NCBI GenBank assembly: GCA_038087875.1
Contig: JAXLNO010000126.1
Span: forward strand, 1-64,000
Reading direction: 5' to 3'
DNA from: Malacoraja senta
Lineage: Eukaryota
Length of the DNA stretch: 64,000 nt
Every line of letters starts with the position of its first letter. Positions within the stretch are counted from its first letter, which is position 1. The notes beneath the pieces are model-generated. The model was not told where the DNA came from. It was given only the letters and a program-made list of their open reading frames with translations, and searched no databases. Below are positions 37,960 to 50,200 of the stretch, one piece after another. A program made the translations under genes and the position numbers.

Positions 37960-39480
37960 TCATAAAGTCGTACAGCATGGAAATAGGCCTTCGGCAAATT
38001 GGCCCACACCGACCTACATGTCCCATCTACATTAGTCCCACCTACCTGCATTTAGCTCATAACCCTCTAAACCTGTCCTATCCATCTACCTATCTCCTCT
38101 GGCAGTTTGTTCCATACACCCACCGTGCTTTGTGTGAAAAAGTTACCCCTCAGATTCCGAATAAATCATTCCCCCTTCACCTGAAATCTATGTCCTCTGG
38201 TTCTTGTTTCCCCTACTCTGGGCAAGAGACTGTGTGCATTTACCCCATCTATTCCTCTCATTATTTTATACACCTCTACTAGATTATCCCTCATCCTCTT
38301 GCATGCAAAAGAATAGAGTCCCAGCCTGCTCAACCTCTCCCTATAGCTCAGACCCTCAAGTCCTGGCAACATCCTCGTAAATCTTCTCTGTACCCTTTCC
38401 AATTTGACATCTTTCCTAAAACATTGTGTCCAGAACTGAACACAATACTCTAAATATGGCCTCATCAATGTCTTATATAACTGCAACATAACCTCCCAAC
38501 GTCTATATTCAATATTCTGACTGATGAAGACTAATGTGCCATAAGTATTTTGACCACCCTATCTACCTGTGACCCCAGCTTCAAGGAACTATGTACTTGC
38601 ACTCCTAGAACCCTTTGTTCTACAACATTCCCCACATCCATAGCATTCACTGTGCAGGTCCTGCCCCTGTTAAACTTTCTAAAATGCAACACTTTACATT
38701 TCTTTGTATTAAATTCCATCAACCATTTCTCAGCCCACATGGCCCTGATTAAGATGCTGCTGCAATTTTTGACAACCATCTTCTCTATCTGCAATACCAC
38801 TCACTTTTGTATCATCTGCAATCTTGCTAATCTTGCCACATACTTTCTCATAGAAATTATTGATATAGAAGACAAACAGTAATGTGCCCTGCACTAAACC
38901 ATGAGGCACACTAGTCAAAGGCATCCAGTCTGAGAAGCAGCTTCCACCACATCAGTCTGAAGAAGGGTTTCGGCTCGAAACGTTGCCTATTTCCTTCGCT
39001 CCTTAGATGCTGCTGCACCCGCTGAGTTTCTCCAGTACTTTTGTCTACCTTCCACCATTACTCTCTGCTTCCTTCCAGGAAGCCAATTTTCTATTCCTTC
39101 AGCTATCTCTTGGATCCCATGCAATCTAACCTTCCAGAGCGGCCTACCACGTGGAACCTTGTCAAATGCTTTGCTGAAGCATATATACATCTACGTCTGA
39201 AGAAGGGTCTCGACCCGAAACGTCACCCATTCCTTCTCTCAAGAGATGCTGCCTATTCCACTGAGATACTCTAGCATTTTGTATCTACCTTCGATTTAAA
39301 CCAGCATCTGCAGTTCTTTCCTATACATCTACAGCTCTGCCTTCATCAACCTTTTTGGTCACCTTCAAAAAACTCAATCAGATTTGTGAGACACGGCCTC
39401 CCACATACAAAACCATTTTGGCTCTCCCTAATCAATCCTTGTCCATCTAAATGCATGTATATCCTATCCCTCAGAATACT
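37960..39480 (-). mobile_element. Old degenerate CR1 fragment carrying two small hammerhead-containing insertions
   Basis: FSKAFDKVP, IADDTK and LEYCVQFW motifs with many disablements. Confidence 0.8.
39195..39226 (+). ncRNA. Minimal type I hammerhead ribozyme motif (PLE-type)
   Basis: GT-CTGAAGA-A-GGGT(CTCG)ACCC-GAAAC-GTC-AC: catalytic core, stem II, palindromic ACGT helix III and a GUC site. Related copies at 554, 6025, 9945, 29507(-), 38957, 45165(-) and 47000. Confidence 0.7.
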
Positions 39481-40405
39481 CTTCCTTACGTTTGCCTAAC
39501 CGACTAGTGTAGCCATAGTAACTTCAGACTTTGAACACAACCCCCTCGAGACAGCGAACAAGAGTGTCCTGTCTGTAACTTGATCAACCACACTGGCATT
39601 CCCACATCAGGATAGAGGTTCGGACATTGTGGTGATATTTGACCTGCATGAATGAAGCTGCTACAGATAGTGACGCTAATGTAAATGCACTACTCTAAGA
39701 AAAAACTGAAATTAAATTCACAAAAGATGTTAATGTTAAAGATTAAGTGTGAACTGTAAGATTATGAAAGAATATCATTTATTAATTATGCATCAACTCT
39801 TTGTTATCCTAGTACCTGTAATAGAGTCAAAGATAATTACTGGAGAAGGAAGGATAATCATAAAATGTGAGCACTGAGGAAAAAGGGCTTAGAACTAGCA
39901 ATTAATGGAAAAATCTTGTTTGTCAAACATTCATCAAATGAATTAAAGTGATAGAGAAAACATTGTTACTTCCTAACAGAATTTTTTTCTCCATCACTTT
40001 AATTCATTTGAGGAATATTTTTTTAACCTGGGATCAATCTTGACCTTCGGTGCTGTCTGTGTGGAGTGCATTCGGTGCATTCTCTCTGTTACTGCATAGG
40101 TTTTCTCCACATGGTCCAATTTCCACTCACATGCAAAAACTGTGTTGATAGGTAGGTTAACTGGCTACTGTAAATGTTTTTTAGGCGGGTGTTAGAATCG
40201 GAAAGGAGAGGGAAGATGATGGGAGTCTGAGAGAAGAATAAAATCAGTTAGGGTAGGATTAGTATAAAAATGAGTGATTGATGGTCGGCACAGACTCAGT
40301 GTACCAAAGGGCCTGTTTCTGCACTATATATCTCTGTAACCAAAATTATTTGCTTTCACTTGTTCAGTATGAAAACAATCAGATGGCAATGTTGGGTATT
40401 CCTTA

Positions 40406-40996
40406 TGCCCCTGTCCCACTTAGGAAACCTGAACCGAAACCTCTGGAGACTTTGCGCCCCACCCAAGGTTTCCATGTGGTTCCCGGAGGTTCCCGGAGGG
40501 TTTTTGTCAGTCTCCCTAATGGTCGAAAGTGGTTTCCGCTTCGTCTATGTTCCGGCGATTATTTCAAAAAATTCAAAACCGGCCGCGACTAAACAATAGG
40601 TGGCCGTTTTAAAAATCTGTCATTTTTTAGTCTAAGCCGGTTGCGATGCTAGTTGAAGGTGGTTGCAGGTAGTGGAAGGTAAGACCTCCCTGGTGGAATA
40701 AAACTGGGTGAAAAAAAGGTCTTACCTTCCACTACCTGCAACCTCCGGCAACCACCTTCAACTAGCATCGCAACCGGATTCGACTAAAAAATTACCGATT
40801 TTTAAAACAGCAAGTCGCGGCCGGTTTTGAATTTTTTGAAATAATCGCCAGAACATAGAAGAAGCGGAAACCACTTTCGACCATTAGGGAGACTGACAAA
40901 ACCCTCCGGGAACCTCCGGGAACCGCACGGAAACCTTGGGTGGGGCTCAAAGTCTCCAGAGGTTTCCGTTCAGGTTTCCTAAGTGGGACAGGGGCA
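40406..40996. mobile_element. Palindromic PIF/Harbinger-type MITE
   Basis: TGCCCCTGTCCCACTTAGG...CCTAAGTGGGACAGGGGCA with ~280-bp inverted arms and TTA TSDs at 40403-40405 and 40997-40999. Confidence 0.88.
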
Positions 40997-42814
40997 TTAC
41001 TCTTTTAATAACTAACCTGCTGGTTAATTTCATCCTTTTAAAAAATGAATAATTACTGTGCCATTAAAACAACTTAGAATTGTAAGCCATGTTTCTTTCT
41101 ACTTAAAAATAAAATTGGCAGACGTTTGACTAATTGCCACCATTCTGCAACCAGTGATGAATTAAAGAGGATTTGCTCTGTAATTTATCTGCAGAGGATT
41201 TCCAATTTCAGCTGCTCCATTGGAGCAAGCCTCACGTCAGAGCAACTCACTTCAGTCTGTTTGTGTAGCAACAACTTGTCTCTGCAGGGTGTGAGAGTAA
41301 ATTTGAAGCCTAGTGGCTCATAGAACATAAAACAGCACTGCACAAAAAGAGGCCCTTCAGCCCACAATATATGTGATAAATATGATGCCATGATGAACTA
41401 ATCTCATCTACCTGCACATCATTCATATCCCTCTGTTGCCTGCATATCCAAGTGCCTATCTAAAAGCGTAAAAATATATAACACAGGGCAAGGGTGTTTG
41501 CTATGTTAGACAGAAAATATCAAAGCAAGGGAAGCATGTTGAGTGAGTGTAATATTTTTGAAGCAATTTGCTCAACAAGTGTTGTTCAATTTGCTAGGTT
41601 TGTTTGGTTTAAAGTTAAATCTGTGCAAGTGTCACTTTTCAGAAATGATAGTCAATTTAAAGTGCTTGTCTGGTAGCAGAAGCTGACTGAGCTTACCTAT
41701 TGTACGGAACAAACACCTACCTTTGCATTATTGCTTAAACCTGGCATTACATCAATCATTTCAAAGCAAAAAGAAGTACAAGTCTATCAAATGCCTTTCA
41801 CACTCAAGTCAATTTATCTATCCTTACAAAATCACTGCAAAGTCTTTGACAGTGACAAGACTGATCAACAAGGTATAGAAACTCTGAGTTAACACCCACA
41901 CATTTTTTCTCACACCCAGTTTGTACCGGTGCCATTGAACTGACATCGGTTTCATGATTGTATGGTTCTGCTCCGACTTGGAGCTGCCCACATTTGCGGT
42001 TTCTACATTCTTTCACCCTATTCAGGCTCGGATAGAATTCTTTCATGTCATTGTGCTGACAGATCCGGAATTAATCAGGAGACGACAAGCTCAAGTTGTC
42101 AGGCAAAATTAAGAGATTTGGTAATAAAACCACTATTAAGGATGGGCAGGTGAAAGTTACCCATTCAGATTCAGATTCAGATTCAGATTCAGAAAACTTT
42201 ATTGTCTGTCGTAACAGAAAATCTTCTTTGACGTGGCTCAACATACAAACAGGACAATGTACTGATAAGCAGTCATACAACATAGATTTCTGTGAGCACA
42301 CACCATGTGTATAGATCTTAAAAGCAAGTATAAAGATTAAAAACTGTAAGAATAGACAAGATGAAAGTTGTGGATACGTGTAAAGTGACAGTGCGTCAGG
42401 GTTAATTTGTCCATTGTTCATTTTTTATTTAAGCTGTTTATGGCAAAGGGTATGAATGAGTTTTTGTGGATGATTTTCTTCGATAGGGGGACTTTATATC
42501 GGCGGCCTGATGGCAGAAGTTGGAAGGACTTGTGCAGGGGGTGGGTAGGATCCTGTGTAATGAGGTTGGCTTTCCTTTTAACTGCCTGGGTGTGGAGTAC
42601 TGATAATTGATTTTGAATTTACCCATTCCTGGATTGGCCTTCCAGCTGGGTGGCTAAGCATTCATTCACGTTTTGGCCACGTTTCAAATGAAGAGGCCCA
42701 CACCCCAACTGGATAATGCCCAAACATGGCATTGATTCCTGTTGCTGGAAGATATATTTTACTGATGCAAATGAATAAATACATTCCTACATTAATCAGA
42801 GCAAATTTTCATAA

Positions 42815-43256
42815 TAGCAGCACATTTGGAAAGTGGTGAAATCATTGGACAAAGTCAACATGGATTTACGAAAGGTAAATCATGTCTGACGAATCTTATA
42901 GAATTTTTTGAGGATGTAACTAGTAGAGTGGATAGGGGAGAACCAGTGGATGTGTTGTATCTGGACTTTCAGAAGGCTTTCGACAAGGTCCCACATAAGA
43001 GATTAGTATACAAACTTAAAGCACACGGTATTGGGGGTTCAGTATTGATGTGGATAGAGAACTGGCTGGCAAACAGGAAGCAAAGAGTAGGAGTAAACGG
43101 GTCCTTTTCACAATGGCAGGCAGTGACTAGTGGGGTACCGCAAGGCTCAGTGCTGGGACCCCAGCTATTTACAATTTATATTAATGAACTGGATGAGGGA
43201 ATTGAAGGCAACATCTCCAAGTTTGCAGATGACACTAAGCTGGGGGGCAGTGTTAG
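42815..43256 (+). mobile_element. CR1 RT fragment, left half of a copy broken by inversion
   Basis: [10 protein letters not shown] through [11 protein letters not shown]; stops abruptly at GTGTTAG. Confidence 0.92.
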
Positions 43257-44330
43257 ATACATAGATACATAGAAAATAGGTGCAGGAGTAGGCCATTCAG
43301 CCCTTCGAGCCTGGACCGCCATTCAATATGATCATGGCTGATCATCCAACTCAGTATCCCGTACCTGCCTTCTCTCCATACCCCCTGATCGCTTTAGCCA
43401 CAAGGGCCACATCTAACTCCCTCTTAAATATAGCCTCAACTACCCTTTGTGGCAGAGAGTTCCAGAGATTCACCACTCTTTGTGTGAAAAAGTTTTTCCT
43501 CATCTCGGTCTTAAAGGGTTTCCCCCTTATCCTTAAACTGTGACCCCTTGTCCTGGACTTCGCCAACATCGGGAACAATCTTCCTGCATCTAGCCTGTCC
43601 AACCCCACAAGAATTTTGTACGTTTCTATAAGATCCCCTCTCAATCTCCTAAATTCTAGCGCGTATAAGCCAAGTCTATCCAGTCTTTCTTCATATGAAA
43701 GTCCTGACATCCCAGGAATCAGTCTGGTGAACCTTCTCTGCACTCCCTCTATGGCTATAATGTCCTTCCTCAGATTTGGAGATCAAAACTGTACGCAATA
43801 CTCCAGGTGTGGTCTCACCAAGACCCTGTACAACTGCAGTAGAACCTCCCTGCTCCTATACTCAAATCCTTTTGCTATGAAAGCTAACATACCATACGCT
43901 TTCTTCACTGCCTGCTGCACCTGCATGCCTACTTTCAATGACTGATGTACCATGACACCCAGGTCTCGCTGCATCTCCCCATTTCCTAATCGGCCACCAT
44001 TTAGATATTAGTCTGCTTTCCTGTTTTTGCCACCAAAGTGGATAACCTCACATTTATCCACATTATACTGCATCTGCCAAACATTTGCCCACTCACCCAG
44101 CCTATCCAAGTCACCTTGCAGTCTCCTAGCATCCTCCTCACAGCTAACACTGCCCCCCAGCTTAGTGTCATCCGCAAACTTGGAGATGTTGCCTTCAATT
44201 CCCTCATCCAGTTCATTAATATAAATTGTAAATAGCTGGGGTCCCAGCACTGAGCCTTGCGGTACCCCACTAGTCACTGCCTGCCATTGTGAAAAGGACC
44301 CGTTTACTCCTAAGGACCCGTTTACTCCTA
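43257..44330 (-). mobile_element. CR1 3' portion with tail
   Basis: [10 protein letters not shown] through the 3' UTR and CATAGATA tail. Confidence 0.92.
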
Positions 44331-45090
44331 AGATGGACTTTACTAAGGCTATGGTTTGCACACTGGTAGTGCTCCATTGAACTCCTACAAATGTACAGTA
44401 GAGAACACACTGACTAGTTGTATCATGGACTGGATTGGCAACTTTAATGCCCAGGAACAAATAATAATAATAATAATAATAACTTTATTTATAAAGCACT
44501 TTAAACAACCACAGTTGCCACAAAGTGCTGTACATGAGAAATCATGAACAAAAAGCTATTACAAACAATTAAAAACCATTAAAAACCGTAAAACGAAGGA
44601 CTATAAAAAACACACTAAAAATTAAAAGACATTAAAAGCACTAAAAACAGGGGCAATGCCTCAGCCAGTGTCGAAAGCCAAAGAATAAAAATATGTTTTT
44701 AGGGAGGATTTGAAGATGGACAGTGAGGGGGCCTGTCTGATGTGCAGCGGCAAGGTGTTCCAGAGTGCCGGAGCAGCAACAGAAAAAGCTCTATCCCCTC
44801 TGAGCTTCCGCTTAGACCTGAAGCGAGTTGAGACTGAAGAGAGTTGTAGACATTGCCCAGTCCATCATGGATACTAACCTCTTCACCATCAAAAGGCACT
44901 GCCTCAAGAAAGCAGCTAATATCATTAATGACTCAAACCATCCTAGCCAAGCTTTAATTTCACTACTACCACCATTGAGAACAAGTTACTGGAGCCTGAG
45001 AACCGTGGCAACCAAGTTCAGGAGCAGCTTCTGCCCAGCGACAATCAGGCTCTTGAACACTGCACAATACTAACCACTACCTCAGCAACT
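44331..45090 (+). mobile_element. Rex1/Babar-like LINE 3' fragment with a nested (AAT)n-tailed LINE end at 44461-44826
   Basis: YKCTVENTLTSCI..W.GN and AANIINDSNHPS..FRSSFCPATIRLLN. An inverted duplicate lies at 53071-53412. Confidence 0.65.
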
Positions 45091-45104
45091 ATCTTCTTCT
45101 GTGG

Positions 45105-47129
45105 TACACAAAAATGCTGGAGAAACTCAGCGGGTGCAGCAGCATCTATGGAGCGAAGGAAATAGGTAACGTTTCGGGCCGAAACCCTTCTTCAGACTTA
45201 TAGGGGGTGGGGAGAAGAAAGGAAAAAAGGAAAAGGCGGAGGAGGAGCCCGAGGGCTGGGGGAGGGGAGGAGACAACCAGATGGCTGATGAAGGGGAGGG
45301 GACAGCCAGGGCTAGCAGAATTGGGAGAATTCAACGTTCAGGCCACCAGGATGTAGACTGCCCAAGCGGAATATGAGGTGCATTTCCTCCAATTTACGGT
45401 GTTGCTCGCTGTGGCCATGGAGGAGACCCAGGACAGAGAGGTCAGATACGGAATGGGAGGGGGAGTTGAAGTGCTGAGCCACCGGGAGTTCAGGTTGGTT
45501 ATTGCGGACCGACCGGAGGTGTTCGGCGAAACGATCGCCAAGCCTCCGCTTGGTCTCACCGATGTAGATCAGCTGGCATCTAGAGCAGCGAATGCAATAG
45601 ATGAGGTTGGAGGAGATGCAGGTGAACCTCTGTCGCACCTGGAACGACTGCTTGGGTCCTTGAATGGAGTGGAGGGGGGAAGTGAAGGGACAAGTGTTGC
45701 ATCTCTTGCGGTTGCAAGGGAAAGTACCAGGGGAGGGGGTGGTATGGGAGGGAAGGGAAGAATTGACAAGGGAGTTACGGAGGGAGCGGTCTTTGCGGAA
45801 GGCAGACATAGGGGGAGATGGGAAGATGTGGCGAGCGGCTACATCGATGATTGTTTTGGTGCCACATCCTGCACCCACACACAACTGACTGACTTCATCC
45901 GCTTCACCACCAACTTCCATCCGGCACTCAAATACACCTGGACCATTTCCGACACTTCCCTACCATTCCTTGACCTCACTATCTCCATCGCAGGTGATAG
46001 ACTCCTTACCGACATCCACTACAAACCTACCGACTCCCATGGCTATCTGGACTACACTTCTTCCCACCCTGCTTCCTGTAAGGACTCCATCCCCCACTCC
46101 CAATTCCTCCGTCTACGCCGCATCTGCTCCCAGGATGAGGCGTCCACACCAGGGCATCTGAAATGTCCTCATTCTTCAGGGAACATAGATGAGGCTCGCA
46201 CCAGGGTCTCCGCCATACCCCGCAACACTGCTCTCTCTCCCCATCCCCCCACTCACAACAAAGGCAGAGTCCCCCTAGTCCTCACCTTTCACCCCACCAG
46301 CCGTCACATACAACAAGTGATCCTCCGTCAGTTTCGCCACCTCCAACGTGACCCCACCACTCGCCACATCTTCCCATCTCCCCCTATGTCTGCCTTCCGC
46401 AAAGACCGCTCCCTCCGTAACTCCCTTGTCAATTCTTCCCTTCCCTCCCATACCACCCCCTCCCCTGGTACTTTCCCTTGCAACCGCAAGAGATGCAACA
46501 CTTGTCCCTTCACTTCCCCCCTCCACTCCATTCAAGGACCCAAGCAGTCGTTCCAGGTGCGACAGAGGTTCACCTGCATCTCCTCCAACCTCATCTATTG
46601 CATTCGCTGCTCTAGATGCCAGCTGATCTACATCGGTGAGACCAAGCGGAGGCTTGGCGATCGTTTCGCCGAACACCTCCGGTCGGTCCGCAATAACCAA
46701 CCTGAACTCCCGGTGGCTCAGCACTTCAACTCCCCCTCCCATTCCGTATCTGACCTCTCTGTCCTGGGTCTCCTCCATGGCCACAGCGAGCAACACCGTA
46801 AATTGGAGGAAATGCACCTCATATTCCGCTTGGGCAGTCTACATCCTGGTGGCCTGAACGTTGAATTCTCCCAATTCTGCTAGCCCTGGCTGTCCCCTCC
46901 CCTTCATCAGCCATCTGGTTGTCTCCTCCCCTCCCCCAGCCCTCGGGCTCCTCCTCCGCCTTTTCCTTTTTTCCTTTCTTCTCCCCACCCCTTATCAGTC
47001 TGAAGAAGGGTTTCGGCCCGAAACGTTACCTATTTCCTTCGCTCCATAGATGCTGCTGCACCCGCTGAGTTTCTCCAGCATTTTTGTGTACCTTCGATTT
47101 TCCAGCATCTGCAGTTCCTTCTTTAACAC
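45105..47129 (+). mobile_element. Penelope-like element with an inverted 5' duplication and a 14-bp TSD
   Basis: 45105-45836 is the reverse complement of ~46360-47090. The + strand runs from YIDD to GIY-YIG (YIGETKRRL). ATCTTCTTCTGTGG occurs at 45091-45104 and 47130-47143. Confidence 0.93.
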
Positions 47130-47240
47130 ATCTTCTTCTGTGGACTGGTTCTTTGATGGCACTACAAACTTCAGTTTTGCACTATTATGGTCACCGAGTA
47201 TTTCTGTTCTCAGTTTTTTGAATTATTGATTCATGTATAT

Positions 47241-50200
47241 TAGTAAGATTAAACGAGAACTTACCAGTTTGAAGTTTGATCTGTATTTTATGAGGAGTTA
47301 CGATGAGGGATTACGTGAAGAGCCCGTCCAGCACGCATGCGCGACATTCTTCAAAGCAGCGGTGTGGAATCACAGAAAACACAATAATTGAAATAAACAT
47401 AGTAAAGAAAAGGAGAACTAAGATACCAGTTGATCTATAATTGAGGGTGGGAGCGGAGGGCACGTAATCCCTCATCGTAACTCCTCATAAAATACAGATC
47501 AAACTTCAAACTGGTAAGTTCTCGTTTAATCTTACTATTTTACTTCGGAGTCACGTGAGTGACTACGTGAAGATTTTAAAGCTCTGTGATTTCAAACCGT
47601 GTAACAGTTCATACTTCACTCGCTGCCGAAGTCATTCAAGGGAGGAAGTATGTTATCGTCATCAACCATAATCTGTTTGTAAACAATAATGGTATCTATT
47701 AAACAATAACAAAAGACAAAATGCTCCCCCGGGCTTAAATTATATATTTTTGCAGATTTTAAAACTCTTTCTGCAAATAACACAGGTTCTGCTAGCGGCT
47801 TGTGGTAGAACGTCTGGAACGTTTTCTCCATGTTCATTCTTTTAGCCGCCGATGTGGATGCTGCCCTGGTGGAGTGAGATGTATATACATCGGTATCTAC
47901 TCCAGCAGCTCCCAGTACCTGCTTGAGCCATCTCGAGATGGTTTGGCTCGACACCCAACCATGAGGTTTCTTGTGGCTGACCCATAAGGCTTTTTTTTTT
48001 TTTCCCTTCTCCCTCGAGAATCTCTTGTTTTGTTGATGTAAGTGAATAAGTGAGTCATGACACACAACCGTAGGTCAGGTGGGTATGCCCGGTAATCCAC
48101 TAGGACTCAAGTTCCTGGCTTGCTCTGCTTTAGCAGCTCCTGAATGGTGAATGAGACCCGGTCTGGTGTTATAACCATGTTGTCCAGTCGCAGTAAGTGG
48201 AGGGACTGGACTCTTTGTGCTGAGACTAGTGGCATCAGCATGACCGTTTTCAGGGTTAGCTTTTCCAGGGTGAGAGACCTGGCTGGGGACCATCCCCTTA
48301 GATATGTCAGGACCACACTGACATCCCAGATTTGGGTATACCTAGGTCTAAGAGGGTTGGAGTTGACGATACTCCTCATGAGTTTGATCACCAGCGGTTG
48401 AGACCCTATGGCCTGTTGTCCTGGCACCTGTTTTAAGTAGGCTGACAGCGGACTTCTGGCAGTATTGATGGCGCTGTAGCTCAATCCTTCATTATGGTGA
48501 AGGCCCCCCCAGGAACTCCAGTACATTGGTTATGGTTGCAGATGAGTACGTTGTCCCAGTAGTCAAGCAGTATCTTTCCCACGTCCTGATGCTCGATAGG
48601 TATTGTTTCCTGGTGGACATACGGTGTCATCATGTTGATGGTCCTGTCAGACACCCCAGTCCCAGCAGTGGTCTTTTGATAATCTGCAACCCAGTAGGTT
48701 AATTTTGTCATGGCATGGATGACTTATGCCTGATACAGGGTGCGTCAATAGGTCTGGGCTACTGGGAAAGGTCATAGGAGTTTCGATGACCATGTCGAGT
48801 ACCACTGGGAACCATGGCTGTGTAGGCCAGTTGGTGCTATCAAAATACCTGAAGCAGAGTCCATCTGTATTTTGCGTAGTACCCTACAGATTAAGGCAGA
48901 AGGGGGGAAAAGCATAGAAGAAATAGGTCCCCCAGTTCAGCGCGAATGCATCTATCGCTGCTGCCTCAGGGTGTGGTTCCCAAGGGACATACATTGGTAC
49001 GTGGTGATTTAGTCTGGATGCAAAGAGATCGATATCTGGTGTGCCATATTGGTTTGTAATTTTAGCAAAAGCTCTAGGATTTAACATCCATTCGGTGTTT
49101 ATCATTGAATTTGCGTGACCTGGCACTCTATTTAGCTTACCTGGTAGGTAAGTTGCTGATAGCCAAATATGTCTATCGACCCACCATTACCAGATTGTGT
49201 TGACCCAATTGTCACATGATATCGACTTTATTCCGCCCATATGGTTAATATAGGCCACCACCGTGATATTATCAATTTGTAAATGAAGATGCAAGTTGTG
49301 CATATTCCTAGAATATGCTTTAAAACCATAAAACGCACCCAACATTTCCAAATAATTTATGCCCAGTGTTTGTAGTAAAGATGAGTCTAGGTTAGTCCAT
49401 CTACCACCTGTGCTGGATATGGTATTCGTTGCTCCCCAGCCTTGAGCACTGGCATCTGTTTGTATAGTTAACGTTGGGTTATTGATGATGATAGGGCTGG
49501 AACTATGCCAAATGTTATATCCACCATTGTAACTCTGATATTGCTTCAATGGGTAGTTTCATGGTTCTGTCAAAGTGACCTGCATGTCGTTTCAACGCCT
49601 GTACTTTTGCCCTTTGTAGGTGCTGATAGTGCAGGAGTCCAAATTGTGTAGCTGAAAATGCTGTTACCATTTTGCCAATTACTCTTGCCACTTGTCGGAT
49701 GGTTGGTCGATTGCTTACCATTAAATTGTTGCACATCTGTGCCAATTCTGCTGCTTTACCTTTTGGCAACGTTACAGACATGTGGATTGAGTTAATTGTG
49801 AATCCCAGATAGTCCATAGTTGTGGATGGCGTCAACTTAGATTTATCTGGATGTATGACAAACCCAGGGTTTCAAACAATTGTTTGGTAGCTAATACAGC
49901 TGATTTAGCCAACTCCATGGTTTTGCCTACTATTAGGATATCATCAAGCTACGCCATGACAATATGTCTTTGTTTCGTTAATGTTGCCAAGGCTGGTTTT
50001 AATATCTTGGTAAATAGTCTAGGGCTGATGTCAACCCATTAGGCAACACTTTATACTGCCATAGTTGCCCCATCCAGGTAAATTTTCAGGTATCTGCGAT
50101 GACCCTTGTGAATGGGTACTGAATAGTAGGCATCTTTTAAATCAATGCTTGCCATAAAGTATCGTTTGGAAATCAGTTGTTTAGCAGTTACAAATGTTTC

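Noticed and set aside
41804..42153. Cys-rich ORFs in unique sequence
   Set aside because: No recognisable domain and no phase-consistent splice sites on either strand.
45378..46883. 501-aa ORF as an intact novel protein
   Set aside because: The N-terminal part is antisense of the inverted PLE arm fused to a truncated RT/GIY-YIG; most of the RT is missing.
48884..49126. Bacterial-like adenine methyltransferase motif suggesting contamination or horizontal transfer
   Set aside because: The IDLFAS...FPPF domain is a known component of DIRS1 pol.
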